A stretch of 64,000 nucleotides of DNA, taken from positions 23,758-87,757 of the forward strand of contig CAJUGL010000006.1 in the NCBI GenBank assembly GCA_910586515.1, in the 5' to 3' direction. The stretch is from an uncultured Acetatifactor sp. (lineage in GTDB: Bacteria > Bacillota > Clostridia > Lachnospirales > Lachnospiraceae). A program made the translations under genes and the position numbers. The notes below the pieces were generated by a model. It did not search any database, was not told where the DNA came from, and saw nothing but the letters and a program-made list of their open reading frames with translations. Below are positions 8,850 to 17,647 of this stretch, piece after piece (position 1 is the first letter of the stretch; every line of letters starts with the position of its first letter).

Positions 8850-10133
8850 TTATCCTCTGCCGCGGGAAGAATCGGATTTCTTCTTCAGGATAAAAAATCC
8901 TGCCGCTCCGGTGGCGCATAACAAAACGATAGCCACTACGGCGACGACGAAGACCCAATCAAGTCCCTTTTCTTCTTTCTCCGGCTCCTGTACGTTCTCT
9001 TCCTGGGAGGCCTCCCCGGAACCTTCCGCATCCAGTCCGAAATCTCCTTCTATGATATCCAGAGGCTCGGAAGCTTCCTCAGAACTGCTCTCCTGCTCAG
9101 GAGCGTCGCTTTCCGCGGGCTGCGGGCTTGGTGTCGTCCCCTGGGGCTTCACCGCCGCCCCTGAAGAAGCAGACACCACTTTCTTCGGCGGAGCAGTCGC
9201 CTTGGGTCTGCCTGCGCTGCCTCCCTGATTGCCGCTTCCTCCCTGAGAGCCGTCATTTCCTCCCTGGGAGCCGTCATTTCCTCCCTGGGAACCGTTATCT
9301 CCTCCCTGGGAACCGTTATCTCCTCCCTGAGAGCCGTTATTTCCTCCCTGGGAACCGTTATCTCCTCCCTGAGAGCCGTTATTATCTCCGGGTGTCTCAG
9401 TTGGCTGAGGCTGCTGAGGCGGTTGCGTTGGCTGAGGCTCCTGTGTAGTCACAGGCGGCGCCTGAGTGGCCGGGGGCGCCGTCACTACAGGGGCCTGAGT
9501 GGCCGGAGGCGCACTCACTACAGGAGCCTGGCTGGCCGGAGGCGCACTCACCACGGGCGCCTGAGTGGCCGGGGGCGCCGTCACTACAGGAGCCTGGCTG
9601 GGCTGCGGCGCCTCTGTTGCCGGAGGGACCTGAGTAGGCGTAACCGTACTGCTGTTGCCCGTATTAATGGTCACCGGGTCACCTTCCATGCCCTCCATGT
9701 TCTTCAGCTCCGAACCGTAGACATACTGCAGAGGATTTTCTCCGATGCTCACCGTAGCCGGCGCATCTCCGCCGCTGCTTCCCCGAACCACTACCCTGCC
9801 GATCTGCAGGGCGGAAGAACCCGGGGCAAACAGGGCTTTTGTCCCTGCCATGTAAACATTCAGCTTATTTTCCTCCGCATTGTAATAAGAACCAGTGATC
9901 TGGGCTCTGCTGTCGTAAAACTCGAACCCTACGTCCGCGGCGCCGTCAGGCTCCACCGTCAGGCTGAACTGGAGGGAGGAAACTCCCTCATCAGCCGCAT
10001 GATCGGACACAAGGGTAACGCCGCCTGACCTGTCCACCTGAAACTCGTCGCCGCTGGCCGCAGATACCCGCATGGGCAGCATGACCGCGAACAGGATCAT
10101 TGTCATAAAACCTTGCACTATATATCTCTTCAT
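8850..10133 (-). CDS. membrane-anchored surface protein with a cohesin-like N-terminal module and Pro/Thr and Gly/Asn/Ser repeat linkers
   Basis: ATG at 10131-10133 (MKRYIV...) with GAGGTG just upstream, only 12 nt after the stop of the upstream gene. It has a signal peptide and a beta-rich module of about 140 aa (SLQFSLTVEPDG..VGFEFYDS...NKLNVYMAG...LQIGRVVV) with a cohesin-like pattern. After the repeats comes a C-terminal TM helix WVFVVAVVAIVLLCATGAAGFFILKKK. Confidence 0.6.
   Translation of the reverse strand: MKRYIVQGFMTMILFAVMLPMRVSAASGDEFQVDRSGGVTLVSDHAADEGVSSLQFSLTVEPDGAADVGFEFYDSRAQITGSYYNAEENKLNVYMAGTKALFAPGSSALQIGRVVVRGSSGGDAPATVSIGENPLQYVYGSELKNMEGMEGDPVTINTGNSSTVTPTQVPPATEAPQPSQAPVVTAPPATQAPVVSAPPASQAPVVSAPPATQAPVVTAPPATQAPPVTTQEPQPTQPPQQPQPTETPGDNNGSQGGDNGSQGGNNGSQGGDNGSQGGDNGSQGGNDGSQGGNDGSQGGSGNQGGSAGRPKATAPPKKVVSASSGAAVKPQGTTPSPQPAESDAPEQESSSEEASEPLDIIEGDFGLDAEGSGEASQEENVQEPEKEEKGLDWVFVVAVVAIVLLCATGAAGFFILKKKSDSSRGRG
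9222..9610 (-). repeat. in-frame coding tandem repeats (21-bp x ~8 and 33-bp x ~5)
   Basis: The 21-bp unit TCCTCCCTGGGAACCGTTATC (about 9222-9390) encodes GGDNGSQ-type heptads. The 33-bp unit (about 9447-9610) encodes APVVTAPPATQ / APVVSAPPASQ. Confidence 0.9.
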
Positions 10134-10145
10134 GTTCACCTCATC

Positions 10146-13100
10146 TTAATTGCCTGCGCTGCTGCCGAAATTGATCTTCGGCAGTTCATTCGGCATATCC
10201 ACGAACAGGGTGTCGCTGACCAGTCTCTGCCCCTCGTTGGTTTCAGCATTGTTCACCCGGTACAGCTCCGCGCGCACTTTCGTTATTTTCTCCAGATCTA
10301 TATTCTGATCCGGCTCTACCCAGTAAATCCATGTGCCCTCCGACACATCCTGAATATTGCCCGTATCCGGTACGTCCGCCAGAATAATCTGCTGCGCCTT
10401 GAGGTGACCGTCCCCATCTACTCCTCCCACAACATTGCCGTCCTGGTCAAACAGGATCAGAGAGTTGTAGGCCGGGTTGCCCTTATAGCTGCCCGTAAAG
10501 ATAACGGAACCTGCGGGAATGACATCTCCCTCATTCTTACCGTAACGGTAATCCGCGCCCAGTTCGCCGATGGCCGGAATTCCGTCTTCGCGGCGGAAGT
10601 CCACATGGTCGCCGGTAGCGCCCAGTACATCCAGCTCAGAGATGAATACCGGAGCCCCCGAGGCAGTCTCCAGAATCAGCTTCACCGCGCCTGTGTCATA
10701 AGTGCCCACATACTTCTGGTCATCATTTGCAAAGTAAATGGTGCTTGTATTAAATGTTCTCTCCTCAGTCTGGTCCTCTCCCAGCGTCACGGTTCCCTGC
10801 ACGGTACCCTTGATGCCGTCCGCAAAGTTCCCCTTGGCCGCGGTCTTCCAGCCGTCAGCGGTCTGCACCTGAATCTCGTATTTGGGCATAGTACCGTCTC
10901 CTGAAGTGTACTTAAAGCCCGCAACGGTAAGGTTCTTGTTGAACTCCAGCAGAATCTCCGGATGCGTTGCCTTTGCCGTGCCTTCATAGACTGTGCCGGC
11001 ATTGCCGTCAATCATCAGCAGAGCAGGATCCTCTGTCTCAGGCGTACACAGCGTTCCGTTGCCGGATGTTCCGCCTGTCTCGCCCTTTGCCGTCAGATTC
11101 GTGGTTTTGATGGTCCAGAACGCTTTCTCCTGAGAACCGTCGTTCTCTATCTTCACCGCATCCACGCGCTTAGCCGCCGAGCGGTTGAGATATTTATCCA
11201 CCACTGATATTTCGTACCAAACCATACGGTTGTTCATGTAAACCGTGTCGGTGAAGGTTGACTGTGTAGTAAAGCCTACCGGCGCCTTCTCCACATCTCC
11301 GCCGGAAACCGTGCATCTGACTATCTCATAGCCCAGCACATCCGCCGAAGGAATGTTTTTGGAACCAAGCTCGATCTTCACCTGATTTGCGTTGCCGGGA
11401 ACCACTGCCGCCTTCACGGTATCCGCCACGGCCTCTGTCGTACCATCAGTACTGAGTCCGCTCTCGCCATTCGTCAGCGCATACACACGGGAATCATCGC
11501 ACACATAGTAGATGGCTCTGGTTTCCTTTTCAAACTGCGACGCATACGCCACGGTGCCTTCGTCCGGTTCCAGACCCCAGCGCCGGAAGAAATCCAGTAT
11601 ATCCTTCCCGGCCGCCGCGCAGGCAAGACGCATGAAATCCTGCTCCTTGTCTCCCGCCAGCTTCAGTCCGCCGGGCGCCTTTGAGGGCGTTCTTGCGTAC
11701 GTATCCACCCTGGCAAAGAACAGATTGGCAAGCTGCTCATTATAGTCCGCGTAGGTCTTGTAATTAAACCCTTTGTCATAGGCCAAGTGGAGCTGCCAAT
11801 ACATGGCCAGATGCACACTGCCCTTCGCATTCGACGTCACCCTCTCATAGATGCTGTCGTAATTATAGCGGAAGCTTTCATTGGTATCTTTCCCCTGAGC
11901 CAGCTGCGAATAGTAATTGTTGGTCACCTCCGCCACCGCGTAAGCGCCCTGGTTGATGCAGTGCCCGATCTCATGGGCCACACCCCATCCGAAATACAAA
12001 CCGCTCTGGTACATGCCCGAACTGTCTGCCACCACCGGCTTTGCCGTCACCATTCCGGTAGCGGAACCCCACTCTATACCGATGTGGTTGCCCGAAGCAT
12101 ACATAAACGCGCCGGAGAACATTCTCTGATAACGGATATTCAGATGTCCCTTGGGAAGCTGATCCTTCTCCTCCGGAGCACTGCTGTTCAATCCCTTGTG
12201 CTGGTAGAACAGATACATCATATCTTCCATGGCCTGCAGGGAATCCGACAGCTTCTCAGCCATACCGCCGACGGAACCGCTGCCCAAACCTGCCAGAATC
12301 TGCTGCGCCGGCAGAGACAGCATCATGTTATCCATCATGATATCCGAAGCGCCCAATATACAATTCCCCTTGTCATACCCATAATTCACCTGACTGTTTT
12401 CCGAACCCTTGTGGAATTGGTTGTGCGCGCCCTCAATGCCGCCCACAAAGGTACTCAGCTCTTCCACATAAGCTCTTATCCTGGACATTCTCTCTTCTCC
12501 GGAAGTCCGGTACAGATCCAGCATGGGCACTCTGACGCCGCCCCCTACGCGCACGGCATACTGATCAGACGCACTGGCAGAACCAGAGTACTGAACATAC
12601 AGCGCTCCGCCGCCCTCCACGCCCGACAGGCTTCCGATCTTGGGCACGGTGATCTTGTTGGCCCCTACCTTCAGCGTACCTGCGCTGGCAAACATGGGGC
12701 TGGACTCCGAATGGTACTGTGTGGCAATCAGCTGGAGTTCAGTGCTTTCTCCTGTCTTCTTGCTGGCATGTCCGACGTAGACGATAATCTCTTCCTGCGC
12801 CCCCGCGACTACGCCCAGAGGCTGCCATGCGTTGATTCCGCCGAATCCTCTGCCCGCATCCCTGGTGGTGATTCCGCTGTGAACGCTGATCACATTGCCC
12901 AGCTTCCGGTTATTCAGAAGCTCTTCCGCATTCTTCAGCTCAATCTCCAGCACGGCCAGATCCGGATGGTACTCGCCGCTGATGGGATCAATGGTATTCA
13001 GCTTCACCCGCAAGTCGTCGATAGTCTTCTGGGTTACCTCCGGCTTCAGCGTCATATGAAGGTCATCCCCGTAAATGGCCATGATCTCTTCCGTCAGTTC

Positions 13101-15785
13101 ATCAAAGTAATAGAAATACACTTCCGCCACGGTAATGGTTCCGCTGGCCGAATACCGCGCAAGACCAAACTGCAGCTTCTTCACATTGGCCGGCTCAGGG
13201 AGCTTCGCCACATAGTAGATCTTGTTGTTGGCATCCGTCCTTCTCTGGAAAGAACATTGCCCCTTGTCAAGAAAGGTTTCTTTCCCCGTATCATCCCAGT
13301 AACGCACCTTCAGATAAGATAAACCGGTGTCTCCGGATGACAGATCATAGAAGGCAAAAGTATCCATATAATAGGCCTGGTCAAACTCATAAGTAATGCC
13401 CTGGTTATATCCCAGATTGTTAAATCCGCCGATATCCCAGGTAGCCGCATAGAAATGAGAGGTGGGGTTTTTATCCACGGTTCCCCATGCGGTTCCCTTC
13501 TCTGTGTCAAAAGGACTCTCTTTCATCTCATAGCCGGTGACTGCGCTGATAATGTGCGCCCCCTTCTCGCCCTCTCCCCCTACGTTGATCAGGTTGTATT
13601 TGGGCATCACCGCCGGATTGAGATCCGTGGTTCTGGCGGAAGCCTGCAGAGACGGTCCGCTCTCTCCCAGCTCATTCACACCGGTAAGATAGACAATATA
13701 CTCTTCCAGATCTTCCAGGTCGAAAATGGTATAGCTGGTTCTGTCCTTGATTCCCTCAATCTTTTGGAAACTGTCCTCCCCGGCCTTCTTGTAAAACAGA
13801 TTATAGCTGAGGGTATCCTTCATCTTCTTCCAGGAGACAACGATACTCTTGTATCCTCCGCTGGCGCTTACATTGTCCGGTTTGTCCGGCTTCTTGGTGG
13901 GCTTGGGCTCTGCCGTTACCGCCTCGCTGTATCCGCTGCGCCAGGTGCCGTTTACGGACTGAACCCTCACCGTGTATGTTGTATAATTCACCAGCTCTTT
14001 TCCGCCGAAGGAAGTCACCGTATAGGCATTGGAAGCCACCATCACGGTCTCTGTCTTTCCGCCTTCGGATATCTCCACCTCGTAGCCTGTCACGTTGACA
14101 CAGGGATCCCAGGTCAGACTGATGGACTTGCTGCCCGCTTCAGCCTTCAGCTTCTCCGGAATATCCATCTTCGGCTCCGGAATACGGTTCTCCATATCGT
14201 TGACAAACTCCACTTTGGAGATTTCCGCCAGATTCGTATTCTTCTTCATGCCGGTAATGGTCAGCGTAACCTTCTTCACCGCAATCTGTCCGCCCAGGTC
14301 AACCCAGAGATTGCCGTTGGCATCCCGCATTACCGTCACTCTGGACTCTGCCACGAGTTCAAGTTCCCCCGAATTCACGTAAATCTCTTCGGTCTGTTCT
14401 TTTCCGTCCGCGTCTATGTAGACAATGTCAATCTTTGCCTTGTCTATGGAATTGCCTTCCCCTGCCTGATTATTATTGCCGGTCTCAATAATGATTCCTC
14501 CGGCGGCAGGAGCGTTCATTGCCACATTAAACTCTATCACCACAGGATTGGCATCGGAGATCTCTCCTCCTCCTGCAGGACTCAGGCTGACGCTTCCTTC
14601 CCCTGTCAGAAGATCCGCAAGATTTCCTGACACAGTCGTACCTGCTCCGGCCGCGGGCGTGATGGCCGCTATCGGAATAAATGTCTCGACGGTTGCCGTG
14701 GTATGTCTGGACAGCCCCTCGTAACCCTTGACAAAATACTCCAGGTCTACCAGGTCTACCCTGCCGTCGCCGTTCAGATCCGCAGCCGCGGCGCCGGTTC
14801 CCCTGCCTTCGATGGCATCCACCAAAGCCGCCCTGTCTGTCTCGTCAATCCTGCCGTCGCCGTTGACATCACCCACCAGCAGCACGCCGGGATGGTTTCC
14901 ACCCTCCTCGTAGACAATCTTTTTCGAGTTCACAAAACCGGTCATCAGAGTAACCGCATATCCTTTGCCCTGCACCTGAATACTCTGGCTGTACGTGGCA
15001 AAGCCTTTTCCGGATACCGTCAGGGTATATGTCCCGTCCGCCAGGCCGGCAAAGCTTACACTGCCCCTGTCCGCCTCCTTCTCCTTCAGCTGAATGGTCT
15101 GGGTCTGAGCCTGCCCGGCTTCATTTGTCAGGCTTACAATAAAGCTCTCACTGTTATACAGTGTCAATGCGGATCCGATCGTCACATCCACCTGACCCAT
15201 AGCTCCCCCCACAACCGCTCCGCCGGGCGTAGCCGTAGGCGCCTCTGTCGTCATCGGAGGCGCAGTAGTCGCCGCCGGCGACGTAGGTCCCACTGTAGGC
15301 GGAGCTGTGGTCACCTGCGGAGACGCAGTCGCTCCCGCCGGCGGCGCTGTGGTCACCTGCGGAGACGCGGTCGCTCCTGCCGGCGGCGCTGTGGTCACCT
15401 GCGGAGACGCAGTCGCTCCTGCCGGCGGCGCTGTGGTCACCTGCGGAGACGCGGTCGCTTCTGCCGGCGGTGCAGGCTCCACTGTCGGAGACTGCGTAGG
15501 TGTGTCCAAAATGTCATCATTTCCGTCACCGGAGACAGTGTTGTCCTCACTTCCTTCTCCCGGTATAGGCGCACCTGGCCCTTCTTCCCGGTCAGCATTT
15601 CCCGCGGTGCTGCCCCCCGGCGCCGCAGGCGCCCCCAGTCCTCCGTCTTCTGCCGCATCGGTCTGCCCGGAGGAATCTCCGGTTCCCTGTTCTGTCGACG
15701 GCGCTGTGCCCGATACCGCGTAAACCGTAAAACCTGCGCAGACTACCAGTATCACCGCCAACAACATTGCGATTCTTCTCTTCAT
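10146..15785 (-). CDS. giant secreted M60-like (enhancin-type) zinc metallopeptidase carrying a type I dockerin, FN3 and carbohydrate-binding-like modules
   Basis: Start at MKRRIAMLLAV... (ATG 15783-15785, RBS GGAAGGA 7 nt upstream) with a signal peptide and 4 x ATASPQVTTAPPAG repeats. The dockerin duplicates are GDVNGDGRIDETDRAALVDAI and ADLNGDGRVDLVDLEYFVKGY (rc about 14730-14875). Two FN3-like modules follow. The zinc motif HEIGH (rc 11961-11975) sits in the context GWGVAHEIGHCINQ...EVTNNYYSQ, typical of M60-like peptidases. Confidence 0.8.
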   Translation of the reverse strand: MKRRIAMLLAVILVVCAGFTVYAVSGTAPSTEQGTGDSSGQTDAAEDGGLGAPAAPGGSTAGNADREEGPGAPIPGEGSEDNTVSGDGNDDILDTPTQSPTVEPAPPAEATASPQVTTAPPAGATASPQVTTAPPAGATASPQVTTAPPAGATASPQVTTAPPTVGPTSPAATTAPPMTTEAPTATPGGAVVGGAMGQVDVTIGSALTLYNSESFIVSLTNEAGQAQTQTIQLKEKEADRGSVSFAGLADGTYTLTVSGKGFATYSQSIQVQGKGYAVTLMTGFVNSKKIVYEEGGNHPGVLLVGDVNGDGRIDETDRAALVDAIEGRGTGAAAADLNGDGRVDLVDLEYFVKGYEGLSRHTTATVETFIPIAAITPAAGAGTTVSGNLADLLTGEGSVSLSPAGGGEISDANPVVIEFNVAMNAPAAGGIIIETGNNNQAGEGNSIDKAKIDIVYIDADGKEQTEEIYVNSGELELVAESRVTVMRDANGNLWVDLGGQIAVKKVTLTITGMKKNTNLAEISKVEFVNDMENRIPEPKMDIPEKLKAEAGSKSISLTWDPCVNVTGYEVEISEGGKTETVMVASNAYTVTSFGGKELVNYTTYTVRVQSVNGTWRSGYSEAVTAEPKPTKKPDKPDNVSASGGYKSIVVSWKKMKDTLSYNLFYKKAGEDSFQKIEGIKDRTSYTIFDLEDLEEYIVYLTGVNELGESGPSLQASARTTDLNPAVMPKYNLINVGGEGEKGAHIISAVTGYEMKESPFDTEKGTAWGTVDKNPTSHFYAATWDIGGFNNLGYNQGITYEFDQAYYMDTFAFYDLSSGDTGLSYLKVRYWDDTGKETFLDKGQCSFQRRTDANNKIYYVAKLPEPANVKKLQFGLARYSASGTITVAEVYFYYFDELTEEIMAIYGDDLHMTLKPEVTQKTIDDLRVKLNTIDPISGEYHPDLAVLEIELKNAEELLNNRKLGNVISVHSGITTRDAGRGFGGINAWQPLGVVAGAQEEIIVYVGHASKKTGESTELQLIATQYHSESSPMFASAGTLKVGANKITVPKIGSLSGVEGGGALYVQYSGSASASDQYAVRVGGGVRVPMLDLYRTSGEERMSRIRAYVEELSTFVGGIEGAHNQFHKGSENSQVNYGYDKGNCILGASDIMMDNMMLSLPAQQILAGLGSGSVGGMAEKLSDSLQAMEDMMYLFYQHKGLNSSAPEEKDQLPKGHLNIRYQRMFSGAFMYASGNHIGIEWGSATGMVTAKPVVADSSGMYQSGLYFGWGVAHEIGHCINQGAYAVAEVTNNYYSQLAQGKDTNESFRYNYDSIYERVTSNAKGSVHLAMYWQLHLAYDKGFNYKTYADYNEQLANLFFARVDTYARTPSKAPGGLKLAGDKEQDFMRLACAAAGKDILDFFRRWGLEPDEGTVAYASQFEKETRAIYYVCDDSRVYALTNGESGLSTDGTTEAVADTVKAAVVPGNANQVKIELGSKNIPSADVLGYEIVRCTVSGGDVEKAPVGFTTQSTFTDTVYMNNRMVWYEISVVDKYLNRSAAKRVDAVKIENDGSQEKAFWTIKTTNLTAKGETGGTSGNGTLCTPETEDPALLMIDGNAGTVYEGTAKATHPEILLEFNKNLTVAGFKYTSGDGTMPKYEIQVQTADGWKTAAKGNFADGIKGTVQGTVTLGEDQTEERTFNTSTIYFANDDQKYVGTYDTGAVKLILETASGAPVFISELDVLGATGDHVDFRREDGIPAIGELGADYRYGKNEGDVIPAGSVIFTGSYKGNPAYNSLILFDQDGNVVGGVDGDGHLKAQQIILADVPDTGNIQDVSEGTWIYWVEPDQNIDLEKITKVRAELYRVNNAETNEGQRLVSDTLFVDMPNELPKINFGSSAGN
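15299..15466 (-). repeat. 4 x 42-bp in-frame tandem repeat (ATASPQVTTAPPAG)
   Basis: Near-identical 42-bp units GGCGGCGCTGTGGTCACCTGCGGAGACGC(A/G)GTCGCTCCTGCC are read directly. They lie in the N-terminal linker of the M60-like protein. Confidence 0.9.
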
Positions 15786-16170
15786 ACTCTTGTCCTTCCC
15801 TTTCCCCATTACTCAGCAGCAGAAAACGGTTGAACCGGCTTCCCTCTCTCCCGTCAGAAGCTATCCCCTTAAAAACTCTCCTCTCAGAAGCGCTCTGAAG
15901 CCTGTCCTGACGAATCTGCTGTCCCGGACCCCAATGCGGATCACGTTCTGCCCCGCCAATCAAAATGATCCGTAGAACATGACTGTGAATCGTAACAGTC
16001 ACCTATGTCTGCCATAATTATACATGGAAACCTCCCTCCTTGCAACGAAAATTGTCATTTTGTAAACAAATAAATGGCTTTACAAATGGCTTAAAATAGC
16101 CGTTTTCAGGCACTTGGTATCAATTTGGCATATCATGTATTTGCCATATATCACACACCACAATATGTTG

Positions 16171-16225
16171 AAAAAAACAAAAAATGACACGAGAGTCGTT
16201 TTTCTCAAAGTGACGCCCGTGTCAT
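16171..16225 (-). terminator. intrinsic terminator after the aguA-aguB-small ORF unit
   Basis: The minus strand reads ATGACACG (26-nt loop) CGTGTCAT followed by TTTTTGTTTTTTT (rc of the A-run at 16171-16183). Confidence 0.6.
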
Positions 16226-16324
16226 GTTGCTTTTTGTAATTTTATATATATAGTTTCTTTATTCCGTTTTTATTGTCTACGCATTGTTTTTCAGTCCGAG
16301 CTGCATACCTTAAATTATGCCGAA

Positions 16325-16528
16325 TTACTCCAATACATCAAAAGGCGTTCCGCATGCCCAGGGGCTTCCCACATCACAGCGGCCGTGATGGTACCGACGG
16401 GACACCACCTCCCCTGCGCCCTCAACCACCTCAATGCTGACCCGGCTTTCCTCCGCCCTGGCACAGCCGTCCAGTAAAGCCACAAGCGCATCCACGTCCG
16501 CATTCGTATAAAGCTTATCTTTGCTCAT
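16325..16528 (-). CDS. small hypothetical protein (67 aa) with a Cys/His-containing C-terminus
   Basis: Strong RBS GGGAGGAA about 7 nt before the ATG. The sequence is MSKDKLYTNADVDALVALLDGCARAEESRV...RRYHHGRCDVGSPWACGTPFDVLE. I recognise no family. Confidence 0.55.
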   Translation of the reverse strand: MSKDKLYTNADVDALVALLDGCARAEESRVSIEVVEGAGEVVSRRYHHGRCDVGSPWACGTPFDVLE

Positions 16529-16548
16529 TTCCGATTCCTCCCTGCCGT

Positions 16549-16716
16549 CCCATCCGAACTATTCCGTCATACAGCTCGGATCTTCTGTCCCGAAACAGGC
16601 CCCGGCTGAAACGCATCTACCTTATCCTATCTTATCCTACGCTTATCCCATCCTGACTATTCCGTCATACAGCTCGGGTCTCCTGTCCCGAAACAGGCCC
16701 CAGCTGAAACGCATCT
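16549..16716. repeat. ~70-bp direct duplication of the aguB 3' end (copies 16549-16618 and 16647-16716)
   Basis: CCCATCC(G/T)(A/G)ACTATTCCGTCATACAGCTCGG(A/G)TCT(T/C)CTGTCCCGAAACAGGCCCC(G/A)GCTGAAACGCATCT occurs twice with about 5 mismatches. CTTATCCT mini-repeats lie between the copies. Confidence 0.9.
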
Positions 16717-17581
16717 CCTTTATGGCCTCCAGGTCAAAGGTGTGCAGAATCACTTTCTCTGCCGTCCTGCCTGCATCCTCCAGAATCTCCCCGGTTTCAT
16801 CGGTAATAAAAGAAGAACCGTAAAAAGTAAGAGAGGAGGACTGGCCTCCGTTTTCCGGAGATGGCTTCACCTGCTCTTCCCCAATGCGGTTGGCGGCAAT
16901 CACCGGCACCACATTCGCGGCGGCATGGCCCTGCATGCAGCGGCGCCAGTGGGGCATACTGTCACAGGCAATGATGGGTTCTGAACCGATGGCAGTAGGA
17001 TAAAGCAAGAGCTGAGCTCCCGCCAGGGCCATACATCTGGCCGCCTCCGGGAACCACTGATCCCAGCAAATGCCTACGCCGATCCTTCCCCAGGCTGTAT
17101 CCCACACCCGAAAACCTGTATTTCCCGGTGCAAAATAAAACTTCTCCTGATAGTAATGATCGTCCGGAATATGGGTCTTGCGATATGTGCCAAGAATCTG
17201 ACCGTCCGAGTCAATCATTGCCACGGTGTTGTAAGTCACATTTCCATCCCGTTCAAAAAAGCTCACCGGAAGCACCACCCCCAGTTCGGCAGCCAATTTC
17301 CGCAGGCAGCCCACCGCAGGACTTTCTGTCAGAGGCATGGCCAGCCTGTAGGAGTCATAGTTCCTCTCCTGGCAAAAATACCATGTCTCAAAAAGCTCCG
17401 GCAGCAAAATAATCTGCGCGCCTTTCGCCGCAGCCTCCCGCACCCGCTCTACGGCCGCTTCCAGATTCTCCTCCCGGGAACGATTACAGTACATTTGTAC
17501 TGCCGCCACGGTAACACATCCGCTTTTATCGGGCCTTTCCTTCCGCTTTCCCTCCTCTGGATTCACACAGGCTTCCGCCAT
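16643..17581 (-). CDS. aguB: N-carbamoylputrescine amidase (nitrilase/CN-hydrolase superfamily)
   Basis: 312 aa. VAAVQM...ENLEAAVERVREAAAKGAQIILLPELFETWYFCQ holds the catalytic Glu region, GVGICWDQWFPE the catalytic Cys. It is adjacent to aguA. Confidence 0.85.
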   Translation of the reverse strand: MAEACVNPEEGKRKERPDKSGCVTVAAVQMYCNRSREENLEAAVERVREAAAKGAQIILLPELFETWYFCQERNYDSYRLAMPLTESPAVGCLRKLAAELGVVLPVSFFERDGNVTYNTVAMIDSDGQILGTYRKTHIPDDHYYQEKFYFAPGNTGFRVWDTAWGRIGVGICWDQWFPEAARCMALAGAQLLLYPTAIGSEPIIACDSMPHWRRCMQGHAAANVVPVIAANRIGEEQVKPSPENGGQSSSLTFYGSSFITDETGEILEDAGRTAEKVILHTFDLEAIKEMRFSWGLFRDRRPELYDGIVRMG

Positions 17582-17647
17582 GTCTCTTCCCTCTCTTTCT
17601 TATTATAATCGTCTACCGAAACTTCCGTTCCGCCTTCCGCGCTTTTC

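Noticed and set aside
10113-15833. Series of long plus-strand ORFs (263, 511, 391 and 376 aa, among others) opposite the giant surface-protein gene
   Set aside because: These are shadow ORFs of the 1879-aa minus-strand gene. Their sequences are Arg/His/Leu-rich nonsense (e.g. RRRSRSRRRRCGHLRRRG mirrors the Pro/Thr repeats), and I recognise no domains.
16521-16823. 100-aa plus-strand ORF spanning the duplicated aguB terminus
   Set aside because: It is antisense to aguB and to the duplication. Its apparent internal repeat is just the DNA duplication read in the wrong strand.
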